Assembly (NCBI GenBank): GCA_907165135.1
Contig: OU015567.1
Location: forward strand, 15,996,001 to 16,060,000
Direction: 5' to 3'
Length of the DNA: 64,000 nucleotides
Origin: Oikopleura dioica
Lineage: Eukaryota; Animalia; Chordata
Part shown: positions 62,101 through 64,000 of the stretch, piece by piece
How the letters are laid out: each line of letters opens with the position of its first letter
Numbering within the stretch: position 1 is the stretch's first letter
Made by a program: the position numbers and the translations under genes
The notes under the pieces: model-generated
What the model was told of the DNA's origin: nothing
What the model saw: only the letters and a program-made list of their open reading frames with translations
Database searches by the model: none

Positions 62101-64000
62101 AAAGAGGAAAGTGCATTTTAGTGAGGGCAGATGTTTATGTTCCACCGCATGGCCACGCATGGGCCAGAATCAATCATCAATTAAAGAAAGTTTTTACTGA
62201 CACAGATTTCGAGCTTCTTGAAAATGGAATTTACGCGAACTTGAATCGAGAACTTGACTCATCAAGGACATTAATTAAACTTGAAAATCACACGGGCATT
62301 GGGGTTCTTGTAAGCGAAAATTTTCCAATCTTAGAGATAGTTGAGCGGTATCAAATTAATTTCCTGAGGGAGATGGGGCAAATTGAAAATTTTGAGAGAG
62401 TTGTTCATGAAAAAGAAATCGAAATATGGCGCGAGCGGCGTAATCAATTAGTCAACGAGTCAGATATTTCAGCAGAAATTCTAGCAGCCGCAGAAGGAGC
62501 TCCTCAAGAGTATAAACCGGGGCTTATAGTTGTTCTCAATAAGCATAATTGGATTTATTCAAGAAATTCGAGTGATTGTGGATACAGTTGTAGTTTTGTT
62601 GCAGACCTTGTTATTGATGATGCAGGGGTTCCTACTTTTGCTAAACCGTATAATATTGACAATAGTCAATTACCAGCTGTAGAGGGAAAATTAACGGAGA
62701 TGGAGACTGCTGGGATAAGAAGATTGGGAAATTCTGGATGGAACGCCCCTCTGCTAACTGTTCCAAAATCTGATGGGTCAATTAGAATCGTTCAAAATTA
62801 TAGCGGGGCATCGAGGGGACAAAAATCGCTTAATGAGAGGTTAATTCTGCCGAAGTGGCCAATTCAGACAATAAGAACGATCCTTACCACTATTTCGAGA
62901 TATATCACGGAGTTGAAATCTGATTTTCCAGGGGAACAAATATATTTTTCCAGCATCGATATTCGTAATGCTTTCTATACTCTCGCTTAAAGACAAGGAA
63001 AAAGGGAATATTCTTCTTTTATATTTAATGACAAGCAGTTTGAGTATCTAAAAATGTCGCAAGGTTTGGCGACATCGCCGTCGACGTTTACAGCTTTTAT
63101 AAGTAAATTTTTCGCGAAAATTGAGGTCAAAGAGAAAAACTTTTTTCGGTTCATCTGTTATATGGATGATATCCTGGTTATAACCGTTGGGAAACATTTC
63201 AATAAAGCGATTGATAAGATTTTTACTTTGTTCCAACAAGAAAATGTGGTTGTTTCATTGAAAAAATGCAGCTTTTATAAAGCGGATACAAAATTTTTGG
63301 GCTTCTTGATCTCTGAGAAAGGTTATCGTGCGGACTTGAAAAAGATCGAGGGTATTTTGAATCTAAAATATCCGGAAACGTCGAAAGAGGCACAGAGGTG
63401 GCTAGGGACTGTAAATTATTTTAATCGTCTTATTCGAGGTGCTTCTGAGTTGCTTACTTCCTTCGCGAAAGAATCTGGCAAAGGGAAAAAGTATATGCTC
63501 ACTGAACAGATTAAGGCGGACATTGATGAATTAAAAAGGCGAATCAAAGTAAATGGGGTGCAAATGATCCATTTAAAATATTATAACGGGACAGATGGGA
63601 ACTATTGTTTCGTGGCAAGCGATTCCTCACTTTACGCTACTGGGGGAGCACTTGGAAATTGTCATTTATATGATAATGAAGTGAGCGATATTCAGTTCGC
63701 GGCATTTTGTAGTAGAAAGCTGGACGAGCAGGAGGTACTGCTCTCGGCCAGGTCCAGGGAACTTATTGCGCTATCGACCTGTTTGCAGTCGTTTTCAGAT
63801 ATATTAGCGAAAGATATGCCTTTACTGGCTATTGTGGATCACAAGTCTTTGACTGAAGTACTCAAAAATATAAACTTTAGAGGCGCCGGGCAAACGAGGG
63901 TTCGTAAGGCGTTTGCCGTGTTATTGGATTTTCCGAATCTTAGAATTTTACACTGTGCAGGGACATCGGAGGTTATCAACGTCGTCGATTTTATAAGCCG
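59196..64000 (+). mobile_element. Defective Ty3/gypsy retrotransposon, array copy 3 (type A), running off the window end
   Basis: Gag 59588-61635; pol from 61644; the same TAA stops (60839-60841, 62988-62990). Confidence 0.92.
61306..61471. mobile_element. 166-bp tRNA-containing solo LTR, second copy at the orthologous gag site
   Basis: TGT...ACA termini and GTAC TSD; tRNA-like segment at 61368-61439. Confidence 0.9.

Overview
Compact animal genomic DNA with many 40-60 bp introns and co-oriented genes only a few hundred bp apart. This fits the larvacean tunicate Oikopleura, which is an inference and not a database match. Bases 1-38.9 kb are gene-dense. On the + strand there is an operon-like run: NPEPL1-like aminopeptidase, PCGF/BMI1-like RING protein, KLHL9/13-like kelch protein, INTS3, a CDK1 paralog (PSTSIRE) and a small orphan ORF. 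A meprin-like astacin (-), a LOXL/SRCR lysyl oxidase (+) and an outer-arm axonemal dynein heavy chain (DNAH5/8-like, +) follow. A small signal-peptide gene is nested antisense in an NPEPL1 intron. Many non-autonomous TIR elements are present. Two of them (CT...AG termini, 8-bp TSD) sit inside coding exons. The one in CDK1 can be removed as a canonical GT-AG intron using splice sites built into both TIRs, leaving an in-frame, stop-free 24-nt scar in either orientation; this is the strongest candidate for a novel system. From about 39 kb to the end is a tandem array of three near-identical units in an A-B-A pattern (18.55-kb period). Each unit holds a defective Ty3/gypsy element; the two complete units also hold a captured ORF and 170-bp and ~68-bp satellites. 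The A units carry a 166-bp solo LTR containing an intact tRNA-like Pol III unit. All calls were made by eye without tools, so exon boundaries are manual predictions.
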